Assembly: GCF_009914755.1 (NCBI RefSeq)
Contig: NC_060931.1
Direction: 5' to 3' (one strand)
DNA length: 64,000 bases
Source: the human T2T-CHM13v2.0 reference genome, Homo sapiens
In this document: positions 28,781-42,362 of the stretch, piece after piece
Numbering within the stretch: the stretch's first letter is position 1
How the letters are laid out: each line of letters begins with the position of its first letter
Position numbers and translations under genes: made by a program
Notes under the pieces: generated by a model
What the model saw: only the letters and a program-made list of their open reading frames with translations
The model's database searches: none
Told to the model about the DNA's origin: nothing

Positions 28781-29097
28781 TGGCTTAAAGAAAAGAGAAG
28801 TTTATTTTCAGAGGCTGGGTGTCAAGCGCTCCTGTGGTGCTCCTTGGGTCAGACTGTCCTCTATCCTGTCACCCTACTATCCCAGATCATTGTCCTCACA
28901 CACACTGTCATAGATGGCCCACCCTCATGGCTGAATTTCAGCCTGTGAGAGAGAGGAAATAGGGGAAGGGGAAGGAGAATCACCTTTCTCTTTAAGAAAA
29001 CCACCAAGAAATTATACACATTATATGTACACGTGAACAGAATTTAAATCAAATGGCATAGCTAGCTCCACAAGTTCTGTTACCTAAGAGACATAAA
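28781..29097 (-). mobile_element. Old MLT1-family LTR fragment (possibly L1-transduced)
   Basis: tggcttaaa...gtttattt start and ggatataaaggggcatctaagagctctgccaca end. Confidence 0.6.
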
Positions 29098-29175
29098 CAA
29101 GAACGGATATAAAGGGGCATCTAAGAGCTCTGCCACAGATACGGACTGGCTTCTACATTTGAACTAAAGCAAAAT

Positions 29176-29341
29176 AATTTTCTTCTTTTCTTTAGTTTTA
29201 ATTTTAGGTTCAGGGCTACATGTGCAGGTTTGTTACATAGGTAAACTTGTGTCACAGAGGTTTGTTGTACGTTATTTCATCCCCTAGGTACTAAGCCTAG
29301 TACTCAATCATTTTTTTCTGCTTCCCTCTCTCTGCCCACCT
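29176..29341 (-). mobile_element. L1PA (PA13-16-like) extreme 3' end
   Basis: ttttaggttcagggctacatgtgcaggtttgttacataggtaaac with a T-rich tail remnant. Confidence 0.9.
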
Positions 29342-30999
29342 AACTTGTACATTAATTTAAATAATGGACCACACTTAATGTGAAACAGTTTCCTCTTTCA
29401 AGAATAAAGTTCTACATTATTGTATTAAAGAGATTGTGCAGGAAGAGAAAAACTTTATTTACAATTTGAGTTGCTTGGTAATTTGAATATAAATGCTGAT
29501 AAAACTTTTAGATGTTGAGTTATTCTTGGTCAAATAGATCTTCCAAAGTAGTTCCCACTTCTTTAAGTAAAATCTGTGATAAGGGTTTTCCTAGGTTTGT
29601 ATTTACACACTATTATTTTAAATTCATTTGGACACTTTCATAGCCTATTGAAAATGCAACACCTAAACTGTAGTATAGATCTGTAATAATTCTCCCCATG
29701 AGAATAATATATAATTTAAAATTCTGTCCTGTGTTAAATTCTAATGAGGTATTAATCAATTTTGCATTTTTAGAACACTAATGCGTTATAAAATAAATGG
29801 CACAAAGAGTAATGAATCTCAATGCTAGTTCACCTATAACTTACTTTCTTCATGTCCAAATAAAGTTTGTAATAACAATTCACCAAGATGATTTAAAGGT
29901 GAATAATAAATGCCAGAAATAAATCAAGAACAAAATAATTATAGTAAAGACTTGTAACTAGGTAGGGTTGGCAGTTTTATACTGTATTCAAAGCTCACAG
30001 TTGACAATGTTGGAAAAAGAAAAATATATTTTATCGTCTTGTATTTGGCTGAGTTATTGCAAACAAGGTACTGAGAACAGTTCCTGGCACAGAGTAGGCA
30101 GTACCCAAAGTCTGCATCACAATCATTACCACCATCACCATTATTATCACATCTTAGAAATAAAACAAAAACAGAAAACCTCACCTGCAGACAATTTTCC
30201 TCTCTGGGAGTGAAGCAGTTGAGAGTACAAGAGATGAGACCATATGTTTCTGGAGATTTACAAGGTGAACATTTCCACCATTCAGGAAAGGTTTATCACA
30301 AGACACTCAAGGAATAAAAAACTTACCTTTGGCACAACAATGTCAATATTAAAGTCAGTGGAAATACAGGGCAAAGAAAGGGAGGCAGTGAAATCTATGA
30401 AGAGATGTATTTAAGCCAAGGGTAAGTAGGATAATAAGTATCCATAGAGACCAGTTTATGATCACCTGGAATGAGGTACCAACAAGGTCACTGCCTGTAC
30501 AACTGCTACTCATTCCTCAAAGGAATCCTAAAATGCTGGATACCTAATTCTGACTGAAGAAATATTAATAAAGTCTATTGCTCTCTGACAGGGGAATGAT
30601 GGAGATATTGGTTTCTGTAGTTATGTATAAAGCACTAGTGTACCAAGTATCACTCTCTCTCAATGGTAGCACAACACATTAGCAATGGAAAGAGCAATGG
30701 AATAAGAAGATACGGTTAGATGTTTAAACTGTAAAATGCAGGGCAATTTTCAGAAAAGACACTTCTAGAGGGGTACCATCTGGAAAAGTATGGCAGTTGT
30801 CCTGCCAAGTGGTAACCAACACCTCAACTACATTGGTCACAACAAAAACAACAACAAAATAAAAGAAAGGTGGGTAATGTCAAAAAAACGGAATTAGAAT
30901 CCAGAACATTTGAAGGGGTATATTAACAAGATGGGGGAACAGGAGGTCCTCACGCTGAATTCGTCTACAGAAACAAATATTTGACAGGTATCTACAGAC

Positions 31000-33900
31000 C
31001 AAAGTGCCTATGTAAAGCTTTGGAATTCAGGTAGAGGGAAGGAAATTCTAGTGGAGCCAAAGACCCAGGAGGACTGCTTTAAGAAGACAGGCTTATACAT
31101 TGATGACAAGCCCACAGACCTTGATACCAGCTTCAGAATAGAAACAATGTTGTTCCTGTATGGAGCAGGCTCCAGCCCCACTCCTCCCCAGTCCTGCCAA
31201 GAGCCCCTTTCACCAAAAATCCAGGGATGCGCCATGCCCATTCATGCCTGCAGTAACAGGGCCTGCAAACCTTAGGCCCAACTGAAGTTCCTGAAGCAGT
31301 ACTGTGACCTGACTTCCAGCTCCATTCTACTTCAGTCCAAGGCAGTCCTACCTGTCTAGAGACATGCCCAAGGGAGCTGGGAGAAGTCATATGCAGGAGT
31401 TCAGTCAGGGTGGTGGGAAAAGTTGTAAGAAAAAGTTTTAGGGAAAGATGCAAGCCTTCTTGGAAGGCCAGAAGGTTTTGCAAAGCTTCAGGGAAGGATG
31501 AGCTGAAGGCAGCTGTTCTTACCCTGGGGCTTAGGGCGTAGGTACAATGGAATGTAGAGGAGTTTATCTAAATAGCTTGTTTACTCAAGTTGTCCTAAAA
31601 CCGACCTTTGATCATTCACATGCAGGACTGCTCTCTACTGGGTGGGGGGAGTCAATGATATTTATTCCCCACAAATTGTGTTTGCTCCAAGCCTTTGTCA
31701 TTAAATCTGTACTAAATAAATGCGAGCGGGGCTGGCTGATGGGGGCTGCATTCTCAGCAGCTGCACTCTCTCAGCGGCTGCTGGACTCTCCCGTCAACAG
31801 TGCAGAGCTAAGCAGTGTGGTCCTCTAGCTGCGCTGTCAGGTAAAATACCTGTGTCAGTGTACTTCTTTCATCTGTTGCTCGGCCAGACTCTGTGGGACA
31901 GACTCGGCAGTGACACCTATAGGCATTCCAGGTAACAGATGTGCCAATCTCAGATCCAACTTTAACCTCTGAAGTAGAACAAGCCTCCAGGCTTATCTGG
32001 GCCAGGAGGCTGTTCTACCCACCCAGTTATCCAGCAGGAGTCAAAACCATAAGTGCCCCAGGAATTGGCCTGCCAACCTCAGACCTGACTGCTGTCCCTG
32101 AAGCAGCATAGTGACCTAGGCTCCATCCCTGTTCTACCATAGTCTGGAAGCAGTTCTACCTATTTAGGGACATGCCCAGGCAGAAGCATGCTCACAAACC
32201 TGAAGGAAGCTACACTAATCTGTGCCCCTAGTAATAGGCCTGCCAAATGCAGATATGAGTGAGGAACCTGGCACAACCATAGGACCCCACTCCATCTCAC
32301 CCAAGTACAATTCCAGAAACAGTCCTACCAGGTTAGAGAAGGCCTGTACCTGCTGAAAACAGTCTATAAAAAATGAAAGCACAAACACCAGTGCAAGGTT
32401 ATACAAAACATGAAGAATGAGGCAAATATGACACCATCGAAAGAAATTAATAAACCCTCAGTAACCAATGATAACAAAATGAAAATTCATGAATGACTTG
32501 ACAAAGAATTCAAAATCTTTAAAAAGCTCAATAAGCTACAAGAGAATGTGGATAAACAACTTAATAAAACTAGGAAAACAAGATATGAGGAGAATTAGAA
32601 GTTTAACTTATAAATAAAAACTATCATGAAAAAAAAAAAACAGAAACCTTGTAGCTGAAGAATATAATCCCTGAAATAAACAAACAGAGATCTTTAACAG
32701 CAGACTCCAGCAGAAGAAATAATCAGTGAGCTCAAAGACAAGTCATTTAAAATTACTCACAGGAAAAAAAGAAAAGAAAAAGATTTTTTCTTTTCCAATT
32801 TGATTAATGAAACATCATCAAATTAAGCAGCATATTCATTAAGGGAGCACCAAAAGAAGCAGAGAATGAGAAATGGTAATTAGCTTTTTCAAAGAAATAA
32901 TGACAGAAAACTCCCAATGTCTCGGAAGGGAATTGAACATCCAGCTCTTCAATGTAAAAAGAACCTCAAGTAAGTGGAATTAAGAGGTCTTCACCCAGTC
33001 ACATTACCATCAAATTGTGAGAAGTCAAAGACAATGAGAGAATTTTGAAAGCAGCAAGAGAAAAGTGAGTAGTTAAATACAAACATCCATATGACTATGA
33101 CTGGATTTCTCAGCAGAAACCTTTCAAGCCAAGAGAAAACGGGAAAATGTAATCAAAGTACTGAGAAAATAAATTTTTAAACCTCCAACAAACCAAAAAA
33201 AAAAAACCTACCAACCAAAAATATTATATGCAGCAAAGCTGTCATTCGAGAGTGGAGAGATAAAGACTTTCCTTTATCTCTTTATCTCTTTATTTGTTCT
33301 TTCCAGACAAATAAAAACTGAGGAAGTTCATCACTACTAGACCTGCCTGACAAGAAATGCTAAAGGGAGTTCTCCAACTTGAAACAAAAGACACTAGTTA
33401 GCAAGATAAAAACAAATGAAAGTATAAAACTCACTGGTAAAGATAAGTATATAATCAAACTCAGAATATTAATATTGTAATGGTGATAACACAAATCACT
33501 TTCAACTACAGTATACAGTTAAAAACAAAAATATTAAAATTAACTATAGCTATAATAATTTGTTAATGGATACAATATATAAAAGATATAAACTGTAACA
33601 TCAATAACCTAAAATGCATGAGAAGATGTATAAAAGTGTAGAATTTTGTATTAATCCAAAGCGAAATGTTATCTTAAAAGAGACTGTTATACCTATAAGA
33701 TGTTTTATGTAAGCCTCATGGTAATCACAAAGATAAAATGTATAATAGACACACAAAAGATAAAGAAAAAGGAAGGCAAGCATACCACTATAAAAACTCA
33801 TCAGATCACAAAGGAAGACAAGTCAGGGAGAGAGGAACAAAGGAATTACAAATCAAGTCAGAAAACAATAGACAAATTGCAGTAGTAAGTTCCTACCAGT

Positions 33901-34042
33901 CTGTAACAACTTTAAGTGTAAAGAGATTAAATTATCTAATCAAAAGACATAGGGGCTACACAGATTTTAAAAATAAGATCCAATTCTATGCTGCCTGCAA
34001 GAAACTCATTTAGGAACTCATTTTCAGGGTGAAAGTGAAAAG
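31000..34042 (+). mobile_element. Old L1M 5' region with ~130-bp tandem subrepeats, ORF1 remnant and ORF2 start
   Basis: ORF1 motifs gagaattttgaaagcagcaagag, ggatttctcagcagaaacc; ORF2-like caattctatgctgcctgcaagaaactc. Confidence 0.85.
31392..31909 (+). mobile_element. Solo LTR, LTR22-like (HERV-K22/HML-5)
   Basis: TG...CA termini; start tgcaggagttcagtcagggtggtgggaaaa; internal aataaa; imperfect TSD gtcata/gtgaca. Confidence 0.75.
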
Positions 34043-34254
34043 ATCTGGTAGTTTTGAAAATGGGAGTTCCTCTGCACAAGCTCTCTTGCCTGCCTGCTGC
34101 CATGTAAGTTGTGCCTTTGCTCTTCCTTTGCCTTCCACTATGATTGTGAGGCCTCCCCAGCCCTGCAGAGCTGTGAGTCCATTAAACCTCTTTCCTTTAT
34201 AAATTACTCAGTCTTGGGTATATCTTTATTAGCAACATGAGGATGGACTAATAC
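34043..34254 (+). mobile_element. MST/THE1 LTR 3' half
   Basis: gattgtgaggcctccccagcc...cattaaacctctttcctttataaattac...ggactaatac. Confidence 0.9.
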
Positions 34255-35224
34255 CCTCACCTTACCTTTCAAAGATGCAAAATCCCTGGCTTCAAGGAAC
34301 GCATTTCCCTGATGCAGGCCACATGCTTTACCTCTATCCCTTCTATACACTCCCAGGGATTAACCCCCAAAATCAAATCTCCCATCAGTAGCCTGATATA
34401 ATTATGTGTGGTTATAATACCTTCAGTTTAACTTATCAGTCACAAACAAATCCTTTGTTGAATGCCTCTACCAAGCACAGTCTTCTTATAACTGATGTCA
34501 TTTATGCACTTACTTATCTTTGTTCAATAAGTAAAATAACTTATTGAAGAAAATCAGTAAGTTCAAGTAAATGAACTTCCTCCCTTTTAAGAAAAATTTG
34601 AAAAGGATGTTTTGCTACTTAAAGTAAGTTGTACTCTAAGCTCTTTGAGGAATTAAAACATGTCTGACATTTTCAGTGCCTATCACAAGGTCTTGGCACA
34701 TATTATGGATTCAAACAATATTTGTTCAAAGGATAAATAAAGGCATATTAACAGGTATCCCAAGCATTCTACCATTTTTATTCTGACTTGCCTAACCTCC
34801 TATAAAACTTGATATTCATCCATATTTTATAAATATTCTAGTACCAACTATGTGTCAGGATTTTCATCCTGTTTATTAATACAATGATGATTTGGTTCCT
34901 ACCCTCATTCTTACAACTTGTAATATTTCAGATTTTTCAGCCTTAACAAATTTGATGTTGAAATATATTCCATGAAGTATTTCTTAATCACCTCAAACTA
35001 TAATAATCAGTCTCTTCCAGCCCTCAATATTGTCTATCCCTGAACTGCCTCATACAGCTGTTATTTATATACATACCTTATTTCTCCCAATGTAATCTTA
35101 TATAGGATGTTAAAAATTGTTTTACATATAAACAAACATGTATACATACTATACATATTCATAAAATAATTTCAGCATAACTAGACATAATTTTCTCTTC
35201 CTCTTAAAAGTACAACCTCCAATT

Positions 35225-35950
35225 TCTCAAAAAATCAAAAATACAACTGTGACATGAACTACCAACCACACTACTATTTATCCAAAAGAAAGGAAATCAG
35301 TATTGTTAGATATCTGCACTCCTATGTTTAATGCAGCACTATTCACAACAGCTAACATGTGGAAATAACCTAAATGTCCTTCAACAGACGAATGGATAAA
35401 AAAATGTGGTACATATACACAATGGAATACTATCCAGCCTTTAAAAAACATTGAAATCCTGTCATTTGCAGAAGCATGGATGAACCTCGAGGACATTATG
35501 TTAAGTGAAATAAGTCAGGCACAAAAAAAGGAAAAACTATATGCTCTCACTTGTAAGTGAGAGCTAAAACAATGAGCTCATATAAGAAGTAGAGAGTGGA
35601 ATTTTGGTTATTAGAGGCTAAGGAAGGTAATGGCCAGGGGAAAACAGGGAAATGGTTAATGTATAGAAAATTACAACTAGATGGGAGAATGAGTTCTATA
35701 GTAGGGTAAATAGAGTCAATAAGACAGACCAAGTCCGTGATAATATTATGGAATGCATTAGCTATTATAATTTTTGCATATATTTATAAAGTTAGGTGGA
35801 TTTTAAATGTTCCCAACACAAAGAATAGATAAAAGGCTGAGCTGATGGATATGCTAATTGCCCTGATTTTATCTTTACACATTCTATATGTGTACCAAAA
35901 TATCACTCTATTTCATAAATATGTACATTATGTATTAACTAAATATGAAG
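35225..35950 (+). mobile_element. L1MA-like 3' end
   Basis: gcagcactattcacaacagc, gaatggataaaaaaatgtggtac and 3' UTR motifs. Confidence 0.9.
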
Positions 35951-36653
35951 AAACTGTATAAAACCTCCACAAAAACTTACAAAAAATATGTTTTCTACTC
36001 TGAAATGTAATTTGTATTTTCATTGAATTTATTTTGTTTTTATCAACAATAAAATATTCATGAATCCTAGCCAATAAACATATTTAGAGTATGATTACAA
36101 AGTAAAAGTAGGGTACTATGAATATACATATGGTTTGTTTCACCAAGTCACCATAAGCCAAGTTATTAGTGCTTTGGAAGGAACTGGGTTGACTCAGATT
36201 CTATGGATCCCAGGAATCTATATTTTAAAATACTTTTCAGAGGAGCTATAAGTAAACAGTTTTGGCTCCTCTTGGTCAAGTTCACATGTAACAGATTTGA
36301 ATAGTGAGGACGTTGAAACATTTTCACTTTATCCTGCCACTGCATGGAAAGACAGACCAATTCCATGATAATATTACAGAATGCACTATCTAGAAAAGCG
36401 TTCTAGAAAGAAAGGACAGGAAACATGCATATGTCCTTTTCCTGCCATGACCATTAATTTCTCATTACGGTCTGAGAAATTCTAACAATACACATTGGAA
36501 ACATGAGGAAATGAAGGCCATTATCTTGTACTATTTCTACAAAATTTAGCATTCAAGCATACTATCACTTATATTTAAAGAGATATTATGTAGCATGCCT
36601 CTAAGCTAAATTCTGAAGGTAACTAGCAAGTTGATTCATAAAAATTACAGTTA

Positions 36654-37011
<358 letters not shown>

Positions 37012-37673
37012 TTACCTCCTGATAGATACAGCTTATTTTTTTAACCTCATTGAGACATTATGTGTACAACGAAACTGGTATTCCTCATTTTACATAGTCA
37101 TAGTATTTTTGTAAAATCATTACTTAACCCTTTTATTCTTATAATTGAACAAAGATTTTAAATGAGCAAAATGCCTTTGTAATAATGTTAGATTTATCAG
37201 AAACTATAACTGAATATTTAGTGGAATAGGATTTATTAGTTTTATTTTTCCTCAGTGTAAGAATAATCAGCAACTTTCTTACTTTCTAGTTTTTAAAATT
37301 TATTTTAACTATTAAAATATAACATTTCCTGTCTAATTAAGAAGAATAGATATCCTCAACATTAACCGAACAGCTATGCATTGGAAGATGTTAAAGGGAT
37401 GCTGGGGATAAATCATCATTTTGAGGATGCTAAATGATAGGACTGAATTTGAAAGAAACCCATGACACTTTGAAAATATGAAGCATGGCTTTTTAATGAT
37501 TGTTTTCATCCCACATCAAAAATGTGATATGAAACAGGAAATCCATGCTATTTTGCTATTTTTAGAATTAAAAAACACTACCACGATATAAGAAAAAATG
37601 AGTAAGAGTTAAGCCGATAAGTCAGCAACATTTACTGAGCACCATCTGCTATAAGAAAATATGAAAGATGCCT

Positions 37674-38035
37674 TGTCTTAGTCCATTTTGTGCTGCTTAA
37701 CAGAATACCAGAGACTGGGTGATTTATAAAGAAAAAATTATTTCAGTCCTAGGGGCTGGGAAGTCCAGTACTGAGATGCCAGCAACTGGCAAGGGTCTTT
37801 TTGCTGTGTCATCCTATGGCAGGAGGGCAAGTGACAGAGTGGGATACCAAACGAGTTTTTTATAAGAAACCCACTCCCATGATAATAAACCCTCTCTGGC
37901 AAATGGCATTAATCCATTCATAAGGGTAGCTTTATGGACTAATCACCTATCATTAGGCTCCACCTCCCAATGCTGTTGCATTGAAGATTAAGTTCCCAAC
38001 ATAGGTTTTTTGGAGGACACATTCAAACCATAGCA
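37674..38035 (-). mobile_element. MST/MLT1A-like solo LTR
   Basis: tgtcttagtccattttgtgctgct...cacattcaaaccatagca. Confidence 0.88.
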
Positions 38036-40264
38036 TGCCTGTTTTGCAGTCACTAATTAAAAAATCAAATAGTTTCTTTGTCAGAATTTTGTTAACACAC
38101 CAGTAGGATTCACTGGTAGACTGATAAAATGAGACAATGTAGATGAGATGGGTACTATGTACCTCAATGACTAAATGAGTCAAAGATAATAAATCATTAT
38201 TCATTAGTGTGTTGCCTCTTCTAAAGCAGGTAATATTTCAGTTAATGACAAACATAAGACAAAGGAGCTTCAAACTAGAAACCATCACCTGAAATCATCA
38301 ATTTAGCAAAATCTATTTCTTAGAAAAAGTACTTATTCAAAATTGACCTCAGGCTCAAAATTGAGATAATTATATAAAGGAAATGTAGGTTGTGATGATT
38401 TGTTTTTTCAAGCAATAGTAAACAAAGGCACTCTGTTCACAGAGGAGCAGAAATACTATGTTGCCTGTTCCTTGCTACAATCAGAAGATAACACTATAGT
38501 TATTATGCCCATCTCAATGATTATTATATTCCTAATTCCAAAACATTCATTGTAGATGGGTAGAAAAACATTTTAAAGTATATTTTAAAAAAATAAAATT
38601 GATTATCTTCTTCCTAGACATTTTGAAGTGTATTTCTTCCATACGCTTTCTATTAATATATTTACATTCATGTACATACTTTACAAATTGAAAAAATACT
38701 GTACATATTGACTGATCTTCTAGTTTACCATATATTAGTTAGATTATTTTATAAGACTCTATTTTAAGAAAAGTATAACATAAAACATTTTCAACGTAAT
38801 TTTTCTAGAAAAATACTAGTAAATATTGTAGGAAATTACAATATACTACCATGTCTTGGGTTAAAACTATGTGCAAATTATACACAATAAAGTTATCCCT
38901 GACTGAAAACATAGTGAGCAAATAAAAAAATTCACTCCAAAATTTCATGAAATTAAAATTTTAACGAAGTTGAACAACATATTCTTCAAACATTTGAGAT
39001 TCTGAAGAAACTCAGAATGGCAAAGAATCTATGTCCCATTCCTCCATAAATAATTTTTAAATCACCACAAATAGAGAATGATTATATATAATCAATGTGA
39101 ATGTGGTAAATAAAAGGAACTCTGCATTTTAAAAGTGTAAGAAAATATGATGGAAATGTGAGACCATGTAATTCTAGCATTTTATGTATAAGCAGATAAG
39201 TATTTTACAATCAAGATAAAACTGGGAATAAAATTAACAAATATGTGAGATGTTAATTTGATGTACATTAAATGTGTACAGAGTATTATAAAATATACTT
39301 TATATGAATTTATAAGTTACATAAGATAAACGACTTTATTTTAATAGAAAAAAACAGTAATTTTCCATTTGAACTATAACACACTCAAGAAAACGGTAAC
39401 TACCCCCCAGTGAGGGTATAAAAATGTTATATTGGGACTTCTGTTGGACGAATACTTAATTTGCCTTACTGTGAATTAAAAGTGTCATTCCCATTGTTTA
39501 AAAGATTTTCTGCTAATTATCTTATTATTTTCCATAAGTATTTATAAAATGAATTAGTATTAGGACTGAAATGTTGTGAAACTGAGGTTAAAACAACAGA
39601 AAATACTTTAATCGCTGTTTTTCTTTTTATAGTTCCTAATAAAGCAATTATATACTGATTTTGCCCTTAGTATTTCAACATGAAAGGCAGGGTCTTGGTT
39701 TAAAGTTATGAATATGATTTTAAGATTATTCCCAAAGCCTTTAGGCGGTTCGCAATGTAAAATAGGACTTTTTTTCTGTAGCACCAATACAATGAACTCA
39801 AAAATCCTGTAATATATAAAGTTCTCAAAATATCTTAAGAAATGTGAATTTGTTCCATTTTTTCTCTTACATGAGTTTTTAGTTTCTAATGTACACTTCT
39901 TAGGGGGCTCAATGTATTTTTCAGAAAGAAAGCCAATGTTGTATGTTGTTCAGCATAAATTTTACTCTGCATATTATGATTAGCCTAACTGTGATATCCT
40001 TAATTGATAAAAAATGAATATTTGGGATTTTCTATATTTGGAATTCCAACTTTTAGGGCAAAGAACCATGTTGCTCACAGCTTGTCTTTTATTTATGCTT
40101 AGCTTTACATAAAACTAACAATGCCAATTTTGGCTTATCAAATTGAATAAAAATTAAAGATTATTACCCTATCAGAAAGATTCACTGCCAATTTCTTTTC
40201 ACAATTTATATATAAATTACCTATGAGGTATTTAAACTATTATTATGACATCAACACAACATAA

Positions 40265-40470
40265 ATCAAGGGTCAACAAACCACAATCTGTGAGCAAAGT
40301 CTTTCCCTGTGGCTTATTTCTATTCAGCTCATGAGCTAATAACTTTTTTCACATTTCTAAAAGTTTTTTTAAAAAAAGAAATAAGAATATATGATAGAGT
40401 ATCAGTAGCCTATGAACTCTAAACTATTTACAATATTACCTTTTAGAGAAAAGGCTTGCTTCCCTAGTTT
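40265..40470. mobile_element. MER58-like hAT relic
   Basis: caagggtcaacaaac...ctctaaactatttacaatattaccttttagagaaaagg. Confidence 0.55.
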
Positions 40471-41206
40471 AAATAATTTACTATATATTTTTAATTCAAA
40501 AGCTTGAACTAACTTTCAGAATGTATTTACTGAACAAAGCAAAGCAAACTGCAGGTAAACACACAAACATAAATATCTACCAAGTCCTATTTCCTATACT
40601 TTTGTCACATGAAGTGACCTAATTTTTTTCAATATATCACATGAAGCAGACAGGTATTACATAAAATGTTTCACATTAACTTAATATCTCAAATAATCTC
40701 ATGTCACTGATATCATGAGGTCCATTTTACAAAGAAGGAAACTAAACCTCTGTGAGAGTAACTTTTCTTTAGAAAACTAAACTGTTCACTTTTTTTTTTC
40801 ATAAGCAGCATTATCTTTCTACCTCTTCCCTTGAGATAAACTTTAGGAAAGGCAGAATCAAGTGTTGTATTTTAATTTTTTAATGAAAATAATTTGTTTT
40901 GTGTTTTATGTAGCAGACCATAGACATTTAACTACTTAATCCAAAACTACAATTACAGACTTTCATTAGAAACAAGTGTATCAGGAAAGCCTTTCATTGA
41001 ACAAATTGTTTGTAATGGCTTGTGGCTCTCAGGTCATCTCGTATGGTCAAGTAAACTACTAATAGGCAGTAGTATTAAATAAATAACTTGACGTTAGCAG
41101 CGGTTGTGGCCTGCCTCCCACTCCTTGTAATGTGGTAAACAAAAATGCAGTTTTTGTTTCAAGAAATTTAAATATAAATACATTTATTGAACACTGAGTA
41201 AGTTTT

Positions 41207-41417
41207 CAATTTTTGTTATTTCTTCTTAAAAAATGGGATACATGGGCAGAGCGTGCAGGTTTGTTACAGAGGTATACGTGTGCCACGGTGGTTTGCTGCA
41301 CTTATTGACCTGTCCTCTAAGTTCCCTTCCTCACCTCCAACCCCCCAACAGACCCTGGTGTGTGTGTTCCCCTCTCTGTGTCCATGTGTTCTCATTGTTC
41401 AACTCCCACTTATGAGG
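41207..41417 (-). mobile_element. L1PA (PA7/8-like) 3' end, ~200 bp
   Basis: L1 3' UTR; TSD gaacactgagta/gaacactgggta. Confidence 0.92.
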
Positions 41418-41796
41418 AACACTGGGTACATTTTAAGGACTTGATTTCCCTCATGAATTATATGTTAAATGTGAGGAAATGCTTACAGAGAAGAGTATAT
41501 CATATATACTCCGAGTAATAAAACTAAACTTCTGTTACACAATTCTAAGAATAAAAAATGTGTGCCCAGGTATTAGTTATAAAAGTCATCACTGTTAAAT
41601 TTATGTCTTCTTGGACTTATTTCCCAGATTAGAAATGAAAATTACATTTGATCTTGTCTTGTTCTTGACTGTACAACAAAACATGAGTCTTTCCAATAGT
41701 TATCCTTGATTAATGCTTTTAAATACTATTAATTTTATTTTACAGGTGATTCAATCTTCAAAGTTTGACAAATATCGTCAATATTCAAGATGGGTC

Positions 41797-42106
41797 TTTT
41801 TTTTTTTTTTTTAAGACAGAATCTCACTCTGCTGCCCAGGCTGGAGCGCAGTGGCACAATCTCGACTCACCACAACCTCTGTCCCCCAGGTTCAAGCAAT
41901 TCTCCTGCCTCACCCTCCCGAGTAGCTGGGACATGCACCACAACACCCAGCTAATTTTTTCTTTTTTTTTTTTTTTTGGATTTTTAGTAGAGACAGGGTT
42001 TCACCATGTTGGTTAGGCTGTCTTCAACTCCTGACCTCAAATGATCCGCCTGCCTTGGCCTCCCAAAATGCTGGGATGAGCCAGGGGTTAGCCGCCACCC
42101 CAGGCC
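41797..42106 (-). mobile_element. Alu (AluS-like) with small deletions
   Basis: Dimer; TSD tcaagatgggtc/tcaaaatgagtc. Confidence 0.95.
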
Positions 42107-42362
42107 TCAAAATGAGTCCTTATTACATTTGAATACATCAGTACTGCCACTTTGTCTGTATTGTTTTATTTATTCCTTTTACCACAGCTGTGGGCCAGCT
42201 ATCAGTGTCATAAATAGTCTACATACATCAATTGTCTTATTTTAGAGGTGCAAAAATTTCTGCATATCATATTCCCCCATATTCAAGCAAGAGATCAGTG
42301 GGCTGACATCACTGAACAGGCTACACACTGGTTCAGACATTAACTCTGGTGGGTCTTATTTG

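Noticed and set aside
41046-41092. Hairpin gtcaagt/acttgac with inner actact/agtagt
   Set aside because: Short stems and a large asymmetric bulge; consistent with chance
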